A DNA stretch of 61,334 nt, filler included, from Platydemus manokwari (GCA_037951405.1; 6 parts of 6 records of this genome joined end to end with filler, not necessarily neighbours in it); one strand, 5' to 3'. Shown: positions 1 to 15,469, counted from the first letter of the whole stretch. The notes: generated by a model not told the origin, from the letters alone. Numbers and translations are program-made.

Positions 1-53
1 TGATAATGATAATGATAATAACATTAATAGTAATAATAATAACAATGATTATG

Positions 54-84
<31 letters not shown>

Positions 85-88
85 TAAC
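1..88 (+). repeat. (AAT/GAT)n microsatellite
   Basis: Visible taataa/tgataa repetition. Confidence 0.85.
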
Positions 89-3000
89 AGAAAAAAGGTT
101 TTAATTCAATATCTCTCATTCCGTATTGTTATTGCGAAAGGTCTTAAAAATAATAATCGGAAAACATTTATTATTATGTTGAAGTTTACTTTCATATGAT
201 GCTGGCTTCAATATTCATTGCTTCTTCTTTTCCTTCATCATACAAGCAGGTTAGTGTCGAATTCAAGAAGAAATATACAATGTGTAATACAATCCAAACC
301 AGCAACGTAATATAAAGCTTTATCAATAGGAAAATATGTCGAAAGATTGAAATTATTTTTGAGGGTTTTGTAAACCATTCATTAAAAATATAATTGTATT
401 CTTTGTTTTAATTTCATTGCTTTATTATATGTTTTACTTTGCTTATCATATTCGTACAAAACGAATGAAAACAAATAGCTGATTAAATCATACTAAAAGA
501 ATCCAAGCTGAATAATGAAAGAATAAATGCAAATAATTATAAATAAACGAGAAATTCTAGTTGTTGTTTTGTTGCGACGCAATTGATAAACGGATTGAAG
601 ACATATTTCCGATCCGATCAATCTCCACAGACATCATTTTCGTTTGAAACCTCATCGGCGAAAAAAAACACCGAGAGAGAGTGAGAGGCAATTCAATTCG
701 CGATCGGTTGTTGCGATGCAATAAACGACAACAACGAAACTGAACACGGCTTATTTTAACTAAAATTTTCCTCTTTTCATGAATATTTCAAACGAAAATA
801 GAGCTTCAAATGAATGAGTATTTGTTTTTTCCTCTCTCATTTCTGTAAATGATTTCCTCCATTTTCTCTCTATAAAAAGAATTGATCATCAATTGGTTTT
901 TGTTTATATTTTTATATTTCGAGAATACATAACCATTTCCCGTGGTTATCGTGCTTGGAGTTTCCACATGGAAAGCACAATATCAAAGTTATTTGAGAGT
1001 ATTTTGAGAGTAAAATCACTAAACAAAGGAAATAAAATGAAAAGGAACATTAATTTTTCGATTAAAAACTAATGATCAAATAGAAGATTTGATTTGTTTA
1101 GCTTGATCTCCATTTTATTCGCTATAACTTTCAAAATGTGAAGGAATTAGAGTATTCCTGTTGCAAAGAACGTAAAAGTTTATTCTCATAAAGAATTCTA
1201 CTAAATGCCTCGGCTCTATTCTTTATCAAATTATTTATAGTATTTCTAATTCCTTCCTTTAGTCTTGATCTGTAGATTTCATAGAAACTCGTCTAATATG
1301 ATTGCTGCTATTACGTCACTTCAGCATTCCATGTTTCTCACATGGGCCTGCAAATGGGGGTAGCTCATTATTGTTTATTAATCCTGAATTTTATCAATTT
1401 ATCAATCTCTTCTAAAATAAAATCTGACTACTCCGTTTTTCATTCGGCAATTAGAAAAACGGTAAAAATCATCAATGGATGATATTTTGATTTCAAGGGT
1501 CACTAAAAATTATTCTTTCTGTTTCTCTCAACTAAACATAGTAGATACGGTCAACTCTTTTATATTCACGGTGTTTTAAAATTATCAGGTATTTTGTATA
1601 ACTAAGGTCTTCGAATTCTCTGTATAAACTATATTGACGTGCTCTGCTCGTTATATATTCAGGCTACAATCTCACTTCTATCGTCGAGATGATCTATTGG
1701 TCAAAATAATTTGAAAATAAACTGCTTTGTGTAATACTAAAATATGTAAATAAATTTATGAGAAACATTAAAGCTAACTACAGCACATGGATTTCAAATT
1801 TATTTGAAAGAGCTCTTATTTCTCAATCAGAATTATTCTTCAGTAAATTTGCCAATATCATGAACAATATCGCGTTTTGTGCTTCAAATCTATAAATTGG
1901 TTGTGATCGATAATGGAAGTTGAAATGGAAAATCGGAGAGATTATCCATTTGAGAAGCTCAGACAGGCATTCACAGTTTTATACGCTACATTTAGATTGT
2001 TTTCATTTCTCCACAAAGCCGTAACCAGTGACAGTAATCATAAAATGAAAATGAATATACAAAGGCAGAAAATTATTATTATTATTATTATTATTTTTTA
2101 GCAATAATTTTTATTATCATTAGTCTTAATAGTTACAATGATTGCATTAAATTTATTACAGAATCAGTATTATTATAACAATAATAATTATTATTATCAT
2201 TATTATTATTATTGCCGCTCTTTTTAAGTTTGATATAATTCTCATAATCCTAACTGGGTCTGGTTTCTTATCTGTTATATATGCGTCATTACATTACATT
2301 ATAATTCAGTGTGAATGTATCTTATTATTATTATATCTTGTGCTGACTATTTCGTAATAGGGGAATAGGTTTTGCATTATTTTTATTAAAATCAGTATTG
2401 TTATGATTTTATGAGCTAAATTAAATAAAATTGAAATTTTGATGATTAAAAGGCAACTAAAAGCTGGTAAAATAATGACTATTATAATCAAGGTTACGAT
2501 TCTGTTTCCCAACAGAATCCGCTCTTCTCACATATGCAGGAAGTCTTCGGAAATAATAATAATAATGATGATAATAATTAAAAGATAAATAGTCAGGCGA
2601 CTGTGTAATTTCTAAAAATATCTTCAATGATAACAAAATCAATAAGACAAATGAAATTTATAAATTCTACATAGACCTAAATATCTATTGTTATCCGTTA
2701 AATTTCTCAGTATAAGGCGTACGTGAGCCCAACTGATTGGCGAGACATCCTCATCAATAAAAAATAAAAGTGGGAGATGGATAAGAGATAGTCTTAAGTA
2801 TTTAAAGGTAACCATATCAACTATCAAAATACCTATGACGCATAACAATAAAATAATTATTTATCATGATAACAACTGGAATAATTTATAACAAATCTAT
2901 TTAGAAAATTACTTCTTGCAAATCTGTTTTCGGGATCAATAAATAATTGAAATTTAAATGAGTCTTCTTGGAACTGGAGTCAATCATTTAGTGAAATTCT

Positions 3001-5671
3001 AAATATTAAGTGATCCGTTTTAAGTGCTTCGTAAATTTTTTGTGCCAATGACTGAATTTCTCGGCTCTTATATAGTGCCTTTGTAGATCGCTTGCGTCAT
3101 ATATGTGTGTATTATTCTTTGTCTTATTTCGTTACTAATTTTAGTAACTTTAAAGAAGTCGTGCCTAAATTTGGGAACCTCCTACTGTTTTTATGTACCA
3201 AAGTTGCTAAATTGACTTACGCTATTTTTAGTATTGATGTAGTTACTAAAAATAGAATAGAAATTAAATTTCTTAAAACTTTGAATATTTTCTAGATGAC
3301 TTTGAGGTCGTTTAAATAAAAAATTCGTTAAAATAATTTATTTTATTTTATTTTAATATAATTTTTGTGTATTTATACGTTAATTGCTTAATTTTTTTTA
3401 ATTTAAAATTTACATATCTTTTAATTACTTAAATTATTTGCCTATTTATTGATGCCTAACATTTTATTTGTGTACTGTAGGTTGGATTTTAAAATTTTTA
3501 TAAACTTGTTTTATTCTTAGTTTTCTCTTTAAATTTTAAAATTACTCCTAAATTAGTGTGTCATATTTTAAGGACCAAGTTGGACTCCACAGATATTCTA
3601 ATATGAAAAATTACAATTTATTCCAGCGGCCCATATTCAAGCCAAATGATCTTATGACTTTGTTAACTTGGGATTTCGTCATTTTTATCTTTGTTAATAT
3701 TATTATAACTATTATTATTTTTATAACAATTATTGTTATTATTGTTTCTGCTATTTTTATAATTTTTGACATTTTTTCTTCATTATTATTTATTCTATTA
3801 TTATTTAGATTATAGATTATTTCATGTTGTAGTCATCAACGGACATCATGTTTGCCATGATCTCGCAACACAATTGCTGTATAAATCCCATTTCAAGACA
3901 TCTCGATAATAGATATTTCGGAACATAAATCTGAGATTTTCTTTGACTCAACCATTTATCAAAGTCAATGTGAATCATCGATAAAAAATCAGAAACAAAA
4001 AATATTGCCAACCTCTCCCAACGGTTATTATTTATGAGAAGAATTTGTTTTTTTCATCGACTAAATGAATCTCAACTTGATATCGAAAAAAAACTTAAAT
4101 TTTTCCCTTTTCTCAACGAAAATCATTTCTCTTCATGCCCAATAATTATTTTCTCCTATTGTCATCTTACAAATTAAACTTGCAGATAATTACGATTGAA
4201 TAGTTCGGAATTATAATTGCATATACTACCATCACAGCTCGGACTGCAGTTCCAATGATTGGCTAGAGAAAATGCTTAGTTTTTTCCCGTAGATTTTCCT
4301 TTTTTGATATCGTTCACTTATATCGTACGAAAAGGGAAATTTTACGATTGCACGAAACAGTAGATTAAATAAAAATATAATAAGTGATTGGAATATGGTA
4401 CTTATAATACCGAATGGTTGGTGATCTAGTAATATAATTTTTTGTCTTATTAGTATGGGTCAGGTTTCTAATTTTAATCTTATAATTTCTAAATTTTAAT
4501 CTTACGAGTTAAGTAAAATAAATCTCTAAATATTTAGAAGCAATTGTGAAGTGTACCATTTGTTATTGCATTTTGGTTTCAGGTCAACATATCTCTCTCA
4601 CAATGGTGAGCTGAAATAAAATCTGACCAATTAATCAGCTAGTTATGAACAAATATTTTTCAACATTTTATTTCATTAAATTCAAAAACCAAAATCATAA
4701 TATCTATCTTAGAACCGTTGAATATCTTAAAGTATTCACAAAAATGATTTTAAATTATTCCCAAACGAAAAATTACAACTCAATTATCCTAAATCCAAGA
4801 ACAGATTTTATCGAATGAATCGCTGTGGATTGCTTATCTCCCATATTACAGAAATAAATGCTCGTCAAAAACATTGGATGATTTTCTTTCAACGAGAATG
4901 CCTTACTATTTTACTGTAAAACAATGGATTTAAATTATTTTAGATATCATTCTAGTTTGTATTGATTATTAACCGATATAAAGTCGATTCTTACTCGATG
5001 GATATAGTTATGAAATGGCGAAGAAAAGATTCGATATTATCAATAATTAATTAGTAGTGGCTAAAATATGAAGAAATTCATCATTATCATAAATATCAAG
5101 GGCCTCAATTAATTTTTCACTTCTTAGAGTTGACTAGAAATATAAACGTTATATTTTGAACATGATCCCGGAGGGAAATAGTATTTCTACTTATAGAACT
5201 CATTACTTACTCTACTTCACATAAAAAATAAGTAGTATCTCAAATGAGGAGTCAAATCAGACCAAAAAACTTCTCAAAAAATCAATTAAATAAGTATGAT
5301 GGAGAGTAGGAGGGAAGATTTACTTATTTTAATAATTTTGTTGATGTCGGTTTGGTATTATATAGTGAAACAAAACTCATTTTTTATGTTTACAGCATCA
5401 TCAAATAAAAAACCACAACAACATTAATGTAACGATATTAAATTTCCTTGTAAATGGAATAAAATTGATGTACATCTTATTCTTTGATTTTTATCGACAC
5501 AAGTGCATTTGATGGAAATTTATCATGATGATCGATTGGTGAATGAAGGATTGGTTTTAGTAAGAATTAAATTTATAGAAAAGTCTAACAAAATTTTTAC
5601 AAAAATCCTTTCAAGTGATGATGTGATCAAAATGAAAACCTCATTCATATTCTTTTCAAAGAAAAAAGGTC

Positions 5672-6215
5672 CTTTGCATGAGATAATTTTATAACTTAGT
5701 TTTATATATAACTACTATGTTCAACTTATTCGTACAATTCAGTTAATATCTCATTTTCAAGATGTCTAATAGCGTCAAAACATAGTTTTAAAACCAATCT
5801 CCATTTCTAATCACAACACTTCTATATAATTATAAGAGTTTTTAAATTTACATTTTTATAATTATAAATCGAGTAAGTTAATTACAGATATGTTTAATTA
5901 TATCATTACTTATTTTTAGAAAATAATTGTAAAAATTGAGAATTTCTCTCAATTTGCTTCTAATGTTAAAAAGGAGTCTTTGCTATTTTTCAATAAATTG
6001 CCATTCGACCTACTTTGTTCATTTTTTCTAATAATCAAATTTTAGGAGATTTTAAAGTTCTAGTATGTTTAATATTTGATTTCAAACAACTAAAATTCTT
6101 CTTAAGTACTTAAATTAAAAATATTTTTAAAGAATATAATTAAATATAATTAAATTTTGCAATACACTCAACAAATTTAAATTTCCATTTTAGGACCCTT
6201 TTTTAACTTTAGCCC
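5672..6215 (+). mobile_element. Non-autonomous TIR element (MITE) family A copy
   Basis: About 540 bp that align by eye, reverse-complemented, to 27658-28208; ends in CCCTTTTTTAACTTTAGCCC, resembling the family TIR. Confidence 0.75.
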
Positions 6216-8515
6216 ATTATTATTAATAATATTTAGAATTGAAAAATATAAGTAATTTGAGAAAGAGCGGTTCTTAATAGAAAATAAGAGAACAATTTTC
6301 AGGAAGATCGACGAACTAAAATTACGAAGATGAGCCTTTGAATCTGATCTTACACATCACCAAACTGCGCTCGTCTTACACTGGAAAAACGGATTGAAAA
6401 AACTGTTCGAAAGTTTAAAAAAATTCAAAAAATGGCCTCAAGAAAACTTTCTTTCATCAATAATCTCTCACTTTCATCTTTAATAGGTAGAAATGAAAAA
6501 GAATTTCCAACGTCTGTCGTTGAAAGTTCGATTGAAATTATATTGTGGGCTCTGTTTTTGATGTTCATCATTTGAATTGATGATGAATGGGGTAAGAAAG
6601 GAAATATGTTTACAATAAATATTTCTATAATCGCAATAGAACGCATTGCCTTTTCATTATGTTTAATAGGATTTGGAAAAATGTTTCATTCAGGCATTTT
6701 TGAAATCGAATTCTTTGTTCGGATTTTAGAATGACATTTCCGTTGTTTCGAGAATTCCGATATTTTGATTCTTCTCTTTTTGTAATAATTACTGCTTCAT
6801 TACCATGGAAAAATCCTTTTCATTTCATCATTATGTATTTATTTTAAAATTCGAAAAGATACATTTTATTTACTCTGCGATTTTTCGACATGGAGGAACA
6901 CGATGTTAGAAGTGACTTCATTAATTAGTTCACTGATCAGTTGATAGAGAGGACTTATCCCCGTGTGTCGAATCGACAACAAAGAATAATTGTTTGTGAA
7001 AGAAACGACAGAGATAATAATTCATAAATCGCTCAGACAGACATAATCTGAATTTTTTCCTTTACAGCTCAGAATAATCATAATCTTGACGTTCACGATA
7101 TCTGTTCTTTATTTTTTCAAGCAATACACGTTAGGTTAACTATGTTTTCATAACGAAGATCTGACGTAAAAAGAAGATATATAAAATGTGGAAGCATGAA
7201 TGGAAACTAATATTATGAACATTAAATCCACTAGTTACCGCATGTGATAATTTTCTAGTGTTGTTTACAACATAACGTGTCAAACACAGCTGATGCCAGT
7301 TTCAGATGGTTTGCATCTCATTCATAAACAAAGCGCAAACCCAGTACTAGTTTTTCATGTCAGAATTTTTCGTTGTTGGATCAGCTGCTGAGTCTGACAT
7401 CTGAAAAAATGTCGTTGGATTTCATGAATTGTTAGAATTATAGAAAGAGTAAACTTTGAGAAGAACATTTTCCATTTTCTTTAACTTTATCAATACCATA
7501 GGCGATGATACAGATTGGAGTAGATAGTTCGGGATTATTTTGAAAGGCGAGGAAACAAATATCTAAAAAAGATATTCATAATTAAAATTATAAGCTATAA
7601 GGAATGTTTTAGTGTGAAAATGAAAGGAAAGCACAACAAATGCAAGTATTTTGGTCATAGGTTTGAACATTTCAGTACTGATATGCAGTGACTTTCTTCG
7701 AAACCTGTATTGATATTATCAGCTATTCCTCTACTTTATAAAATCAAATTCTCATAAAATCTTCAGGTTTAGGGGGAATTCAACTGTTCAGTTTTGTGGT
7801 ACAAAGGTACCATTATGTGTGCATACATCTACAATGATCTAACAATAATTTGAATCAATAAATTTACAATTTATTTATGATATTGATTTATTTATCATAA
7901 TTTACTGACAAATACATAGTAGTATATTATAAAATTAATTTCTCATATTTTTAAAATCATATGCGGAAATTCTAAAAATCAATAAATGATTGTGTTCATC
8001 TTTGTTAAGAAAAAGTTAAATATTAAAAATTTCATTTTTGTTTTTTCCGGATAATAAATTAATTTTCGAATCGATAATTTGACCACTTTGTCCTTTTCAT
8101 TCTTAACTGTGGTCTATAAAATCAAATCTGTTATTTCTTTTGTACGAAATTTTTTAGTAGTTACGTGAATTGATTGCAATACTTTGAATCATCTGAGAAT
8201 TGGTGAATTCTCTACCACTGATGGATTATGCTATTTCATAAGAATTATTCCCAAGGTAACGTTGCGGTGTATAGATTTATTTAATGTTTATTTATAAAAA
8301 TGTAGTCTTTCAATCAAAGGGGTTCAATTATTATTGTTTTGATAAATGAAAATTATTACTATTTTGTTTATAATTATTTATATTTATGGAAATAACTGTA
8401 ATTATGTTATTATTACTAATATATTTATTAATAATAATGATCAGTATTTATATAGTTACTATCAACAATGTAAGTAATGGTAAGTATGATAATGATATTA
8501 ATAATAATTATTATA

Positions 8516-8652
8516 NNNNNNNNNNNNNNNNNNNNNNNNNNNNNNNNNNNNNNNNNNNNNNNNNNNNNNNNNNNNNNNNNNNNNNNNNNNNNNNNNNNNN
8601 NNNNNNNNNNNNNNNNNNNNNNNNNNNNNNNNNNNNNNNNNNNNNNNNNNNN
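8516..8652. other. Intra-scaffold assembly gap
   Basis: Run of N without the linker, flanked by AAT/TAT-rich low-complexity sequence. Confidence 0.95.
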
Positions 8653-8679
8653 TATTATTAGTATTTATGAGGATATCAA

Positions 8680-8850
8680 ATTGATTTTATATTGAATTTA
8701 GTTTGATGTTAAATTTTATTTGATGTTAAATTTATTTGATATTAGATTTTATTTGATATTGAATTTTATTTAATATTGAATTTTATTTGATATTGAATTT
8801 TATTTAATATTGAATTTTATTTAATATTGAATTTTATTTAATATTAAATT
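8680..8850 (+). repeat. About 17-bp minisatellite (TTTAATATTGAATTTTA-like)
   Basis: Tandem copies of ttttatttaatattgaa / ttttatttgatattgaa. Confidence 0.85.
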
Positions 8851-8890
8851 ATATTTTTTTTGTTTAAATAATAAATATATTATTATAGCA

Positions 8891-8931
<41 letters not shown>

Positions 8932-9932
8932 TATTATTTACAAAACACAACATTTGTAAAAATTTGAATTCATTGTAGCGACATAATATAAAAAATCGAT
9001 ATTATAGAAATGTAATTCGTTTATTATGAATAATTATTATTAAATCATTATAATCAATAATTATTGTACGAGTTGAACCATTTTATTATATTATTATCAG
9101 TCCCAACAAACAGTTCCAAAATAGTCAGATTTCGTATTTCTTTCTCTTTACTAGAATATACTCTTAAATGGAATATCAAATCCACCAAACTAAAATTTCC
9201 ATTTTGGTACACTGAAACCAATTGGCTTTTATATTTTCTGTGAATGGATTGTGATTACTTGTCGAATATTCTTCATAATTACAGATACAGAACAAGCATA
9301 ACAAATACCGATAGAATATCATTCGAATTTTTCATTATTGAAAATCGAACAAAACATTATATTTCGCAAGGAAAATGTTTTGTTTATGCTTGTATTAAAG
9401 GTATATCGTATAAAAATATTATATTCCATTATAAAATATTATATTTTGAATTATTTAATTATAAATTTTGAAGACAATCAATAAGTCGAATCAACATCGT
9501 AAAATTTTATCGATTATGTTGTTCGAAACGATTAATCACAAATAACGCCGTATTATAGATAACATATCTGAAACGATAATCAGAGCAGATTTAATTTTGC
9601 TTGCAAACTATTTGATAAGAGTTTTCTCTTTTGTCAATAAATCAATCGGTGATATCTGTTTGGTATCGAGACAAACGAATTTTATCATTAAAAATTTTAT
9701 TTAATGACCATTTCTAATCAATTTCATTACATAAATTTTGTTTCAAATTGACCTCATTGCATATCTCTTATAGATTACCTATTCTAGCTTAAATCGTAGC
9801 TATTTTTTGTCTCTGGGTAACTGTTGTCATGGTTTGTTCAATTCCATAGCAATAGGAAAGAAAAATTTAAATTCTGAAAATTAATTTTGATCATTCTTAA
9901 TAAACGTAAATACATTTCCAATTATTATTTAG

Positions 9933-10004
9933 GACCATTTAATTATTGATTCACTTGTATTGAGTTGTGTTGTGTTGGAGAACTTTCTCCTCACAATCGG
10001 CTTG
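9933..10004 (+). CDS. Possible isolated 72-nt internal exon (DHLIIDSLVLSCVVLENFLLTIGL), product unknown
   Basis: Flanked by tttag and gtaagt; open only in phase 0; no recognisable homology; could be UTR. Confidence 0.3.
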
Positions 10005-10214
10005 GTAAGTACAAATGTTTTTCCTTTTCAAATTATTTACCGCACTCGGTTTAGATAATTTTTGTGACAATTTTTGTTCATTTACGATTATAGAAACAGA
10101 TTTTCCAATTTTCTGATAATCGATTTTGTGTAAACAATTTGTTATTGATGTTTTATTGTGAAGTATAGTTTTGTATTTTGTTTGATTCAGTAATCTTAAA
10201 TTGTTGATATAGGC

Positions 10215-10314
10215 NNNNNNNNNNNNNNNNNNNNNNNNNNNNNNNNNNNNNNNNNNNNTTAATTAATTAANNNNNNNNNNNNNNNNNNNNNNNNNNNNNN
10301 NNNNNNNNNNNNNN
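10215..10314. other. Artificial contig-joining spacer (44 N + TTAATTAATTAA + 44 N)
   Basis: The identical 100-bp construct occurs five times; TTAATTAATTAA puts a stop in all six frames. Confidence 0.97.
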
Positions 10315-11175
10315 CAAAGTTTTAATGATTAATTATATAAATTTTCTCTCATAAAACATTCATAATTATAAAGCATTCTGAATTTCTAAGACTAAAAACA
10401 GACTCTTTATAAAACTTCTCCACAAAGAGTAGGCATTGGAATATCATTCAATCATCTCTCTATATAGCTTTATTTTTATCGATTATTGAAAAAATTGATT
10501 TTATATCCAATAAATAATTAATTTAATTTAATGATTTTTATTTTAATTAAAAAATCAATAAATATGAATGACCATCATTAATTATTTAAAAAACCTAATT
10601 GATTAGTGGGTTACAATAAATATTTTATAATCGATGAGAACTTTATGTTGTATAACGTGTTTCGATACCTTGATCGACTCAAATGAAGTTATGAAAAATA
10701 ATAATTTTATCGATAAATTTACAGTACAGCGGTTAAAATCTACATTTATAGATATTGGGACATTTGAAAACAAAAAAATCGATTTAGAAGTCAAATATGA
10801 GAAAATCGAAAAATGTGATTTCATTGACGGACAATGACGACTTTGAGAAGGAACAACGACCTATGTCACCGCTGAGTCCTGTATTGAACCCTTGTACACA
10901 CGCATGTCTACACAATCATAGGAACGATAACCGAACAATCAGAGGCAAAAAAACTAACCCCGTTCACGATAAATCAATAAATACCATTAGAACAGTTGGG
11001 ATCATATTATCGAATAAAATTCTATCATAGAAAACATAAAATTTTCCTATTATATATTGGCATTCGGAATCCAGTTGCAGTCACCAATTTTTTATATCAC
11101 ATTGTATATCAATACACATATCACTTCTCATTTTATATTGTAGTATTTAAATATTATGTACATTCTTATTTTCAG

Positions 11176-14100
11176 GTCCATTTCTGGTCTATTTCGAAAT
11201 GTGGAGATTTCAATATTTTTCCTCTTCGCAATGGTTGGAGGATTTATCACATCTGTGTTATTGGAATACTATTTTCTCATTATGTTCCATATGTTCCACG
11301 ACTTGCCGAAATTCTTTCCGGGAATTGTGCATGCCACGATGACAATATCGGAAATTATATTCATAGGAGTCTCACCAATCATTCTTAAATTTATGAGTGA
11401 GGAATAAGATTCTATAATTACCAGTTCATAATATCTATCCTTCACATTCACCAACAATATCGAATTGTTTACCATGGTTTCAAAATCAAGACAAATTTAT
11501 TTCATTTCCTATCACTTACTTCTTAGGCATTTTTATTAATTTTCGCTTATTAAATAGATTAAAAATAGATAAATAAAAATAAATTTCGTAGATTTGATGC
11601 TAGTGTGAGAATGTCTGTTATTATTAACGGTGTCAAGGTTCTCATTTCCTAAAAATCCACTGATTAGTCTACTAATTTAAACATCATTTTTGAATGGAGA
11701 AGACATTTTCAGAGAAATGGTCGAGTCGCAATCACATGACTGAGTGCCAGGACTAAAGTATTGGGTAAAAATTCTCCAAAGTGCTTTGACTCCATCGTCT
11801 CAGTTTTTAAACTTTTTATTACTGTCAAGTCATTGTATTTATTAATTACCATACGACAGGTCACATATTTTTCCAAAAATATGAAATTATTTAAACATCA
11901 AATGACTTTAAATGTTACGGTAACAAATTTTTATTCGATTATAATTGGATCGATTTATTGGCAAAATTATTAACAGCAATTTTTATATTTAATATTTAAA
12001 TATAAAGCCGACATTAATAAATAATTAGATTAAACCAACTTATTTTATATCTCTCATATAATTCCATTTAATAGCTAGTCACATCTGGTCTATAAGGATA
12101 TTGTCAATCTTTTGAGATTACTATAAATTATTGTAATTTATTTTCCATTTTTTTAATTTCTCAGACGATTAATTTACAATTATTGCGATGCCGATCACTT
12201 TTATGAGATCGCAATAGAATGGGAAATAATAAAAAAATTATCATTTAAGATAACGAATTTTGGATCTCGATCTCATTTGGATTTTGGTTTCTCAAATGGT
12301 TAAGCTACAATTTCGTCACGAATTATTGGTTATTTCTACTAATCGAAGTTCTTCACGGACCTGCCTATGGGTTGATGCTGCCATGTATGATGTCGCATAT
12401 CAGTAGATTTGCGGACCAATCAACTCAAGGTCGAATACACAGTGTATTTTCTAGTTTATTTTACAATATAGGTAATTTTTTAATGTGTGTTTTGTCCTGA
12501 ATATCAGAGAATTTAATTAATTTTACAGCGTCGATGTTGTGCATTATGAACCATGATTTTTCCATCGAAAAATATTAAAAATATCACATAATAAGATTTT
12601 CAAAATTTCGATGTGCTAAAGCTTTTCAAAATTTTTTCATTAATTTTTATTAGATGTTCTAGTAAACTCTGTCAATCCAACTATTTTCGTTCCATCAACA
12701 AATTGGGCTGTAATAAATACATTTAAAACTAAACATAATTGATATTGTGCTGGTATGTTTATTCGTATCACTGCCACAACATCTTCGGTATGAGATTCCT
12801 TATAATTTATGATAAGTAACAAAGGCACAAGTTGCAATATCTCACATATTTTATTTGCAACCAATATCGAGTTTAAGTGATTTTTTTAAAGTTAACTTTA
12901 AAATTAAGTGGATAAAATGGAAAAAAATAAAAAATTATAAAGCTCAGTTGGAACAAGAATGTTTTAAATAAAAATAGAAAGAGAGAAAGACACGCACAAC
13001 TCGATTTGGGGTATAATAACAAATTCTAAAGGAAAATTGGTAATGAAGACATTTAAGAAAAGTAAAGAGTGTCTTACACAATGAGAATGGTCTCTTATTT
13101 GAAATTGTAAGGAATAACCGGAAGGAAATTATGGTAAATCAGTAGGATATTAAAGAAATTGTAACGAAAGACCAATAAACATCAAATAGTGAAGATATTA
13201 GTCAATTTAGATGAAGTAATTAAGAATATATGTCAAAGTAAGATAGTAAGGGGGTACAAATTACCTTAGAATTCCGTTCGTGTTTGTATATAGAAGAAAG
13301 AACGAAAATGAGTTTTTATTATACCTCGTACAGGTATTTCTTTTCAATAACGTATATACATGCAATTTCAATGAAAATGTAGAAGAAATGTATATACTTT
13401 GCACAGTTCCAACTAGTTTACAACAATTGGATTGACTATTGTGTAATATTAAGTAGAGTTCGATGGAAAATCCAAAGAATAAACACTACTTTAAATGAAA
13501 AATTGACAATATTGTTTCATTAAGATGCTATTTGATATTGAGGACTGAATAAGGAAGTACTTGGGGATATGAGAGATAAAAGTACAGTACTTTACTTAGA
13601 CGTCACATTAATAATTTCAAAAATAGTAGCACAGAGAATATGAAAATCTGGATTACGGATACAAAAGATAAATCAAGTTCCTTTGGTAAATAAAATTTGG
13701 AACTAAAAATATAACAAACCATTTCAAGAAATGATGAAAACTTTGACAGACGCACAAATTTTGACATTCCCAGACTTTATTGAAAAATGTATACTGCATA
13801 ACAATGTACGTTTTGACGCGATACGGGTAGTTCTATTGCAAAAAGTTGATCAAGCGCACGTACTTGAAATTGCACACAAATCCTACACATTCAAAAAGCA
13901 GGAAAAATGGTATTGCAAGAATTACTGATAATATATTATATTATTATTTCAACTATTATTCGTATGTCAAAGATGTTGACTAAGAAAGAACTGCAAATCA
14001 ATTTCATCGTTGGCAAAAAACAAATCCAATAGCATCATAATTTCGGAGATAGTTGAATTATCTAAGTGCCTTAAATAAATGAACCAAAAAATTAATTACT

Positions 14101-15469
14101 ACATAAAAGAATTTTATAACATTGTTTTGAAAAGAATAACACAAATGTCTTATATCCTTTGGCTTTAGCACCACTCCTTAGTCCCCCAGAAAAAAAGATA
14201 AAGGAAGCAAAAAATGAGTTTAAATAACTTAGTTATTTAAAGTTATTAAACATAAACCTGTGTGATTTTAAGCACATTTGTTTATCTATTAATGATGATA
14301 AATTTCAAATTCCAGCTCATCTGATTCATTACGTACAGAATAAAAGAATTCGAATAATATATAATTGCTGCTAATTCCGGTAATTTAAAGTGGAAATTCA
14401 GTAAAAATTGAATTATAACTTTTCTCGATTAATAGCTTTACAAATTTCTCAGTAATTTATACTATCTCGTTCTGTCGAAAGTCTTGTGAAAATATTTTTA
14501 CCGGTAATAGTTTTTGTGTTGATTTTTGTGCGAAAATCTCCTAGAACAGTTAGTTTATATAGCTCAAATGTCTTTGATTGTTTTCACTTTTTGGCTATGC
14601 TTTATCACGATATTCTGTCTTAAAATTAACATTGTTCAGATTTCGCTGTCGGTTTACTGTTTGATAATGAAACTATTCCAGTCCTGGATGCGTTGTTTTC
14701 GTGTAGAATATGTTTTATTATATTTATTATTGCTTTCAAAACATACTGAAATCAAATTTAGATACTCTGTGACAAAGGTATTAAATGAAGTAAAGGGTGA
14801 TTTTTAAATTTAAAAGATTTTAACTTCTTCCTGGAAATGTATGTTTGATAGTAAAAATATATTTTTAATAACAATCTATCAAATCCAGAACATTGCAACA
14901 TTATTTTAAAAAAATATTGATCTTGTAGAATGTTAGTAGCCGCTACTTCACTTGTTACTGGTATTTCATCAAAATAACTCATGATTAGGATTTTCTCAAA
15001 TTTTTTTAATAAACAAATAAAAAATTTTTCAAACAAATTTTGGAGAGCTTTGTATTTTATTTTTATTATATATATAAATATTTATTTTAAAAAATCAAGT
15101 ATAAATTAAATTTTAATTATAAAATTTTAAAACATTTTACACAAAGATATTAAATATTTGTAATTTATTTAATGCTTTTAAATTATAATTTAAAAGTTGC
15201 TATTTTTAATTATTTTAATTAAACCTCACACAGGATTTTTTATTTTAGGGGGCGCTCTCGGTGCATTGTATGGAGGGATAATTATAGATTATTACGGATA
15301 TCGAGGTATATTTGTTTCTATGGCGATACTGTCTTTGTTGTGTGCCATTCTTTATTATCCAATACAAGTGCTATTAGTACGGAATTATTGCTCAAAGAAA
15401 AACCAATACATTACAAATGAGAGAGAAATTCATATTTTTCATCTTGAAAAACAAGAAGTGTATCTTTAA
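11176..15469 (+). CDS. MFSD6-like major facilitator superfamily transporter, 3' part (exons 11176-11396, 12250-12471, 15249-15469)
   Basis: GT-AG exons splice in frame (phase 1/1): ...FAMVGGFITSVLLEYYFL...TISEIIFIGVSPIILKFM / NNEFWISISFGFWFLKWLSYNFVTNYWLFLLIEVLHGPAYGLMLPCMMSHISRFADQSTQGRIHSVFSSLFYNI / GGALGALYGGIIIDYYGYRGIF...; matches the MFSD6-type C-terminal helices. The upstream exon near 10790-11000 is unresolved. Confidence 0.75.
12950..14070 (+). mobile_element. Degenerate Ty3/Gypsy pol fragment (RT and RNase H) in the transporter's last intron
   Basis: NKEVLGDMRDKSTVLYLDVTLIISK (decayed YLDD motif, about 13548-13622) and LTDAQILTFPDF...IRVVLLQK...FKKQEKWYC (RT-RNase H junction); many stops. 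Boundaries approximate. Confidence 0.75.

Noticed and set aside
4415-4475. tRNA-like A-box sequence (tggtgatctagt)
   Set aside because: No intact cloverleaf or B-box; at most a decayed SINE head.
1913-9471. Short ORFs of contig 1 and poly-Ile/Asn ORFs elsewhere
   Set aside because: Products of AT-rich or ATT-repeat sequence with no recognisable motifs; several use non-ATG starts.
10259-10270. TTAATTAATTAA palindrome as a regulatory or CRISPR-like repeat
   Set aside because: Always embedded in exactly 44+44 N; it is a synthetic six-frame stop linker.
12181-12216. Hairpin with a bantam-like TGAGATC seed
   Set aside because: The stem is too short for a pre-miRNA and the mature-like sequence does not lie on a full arm.
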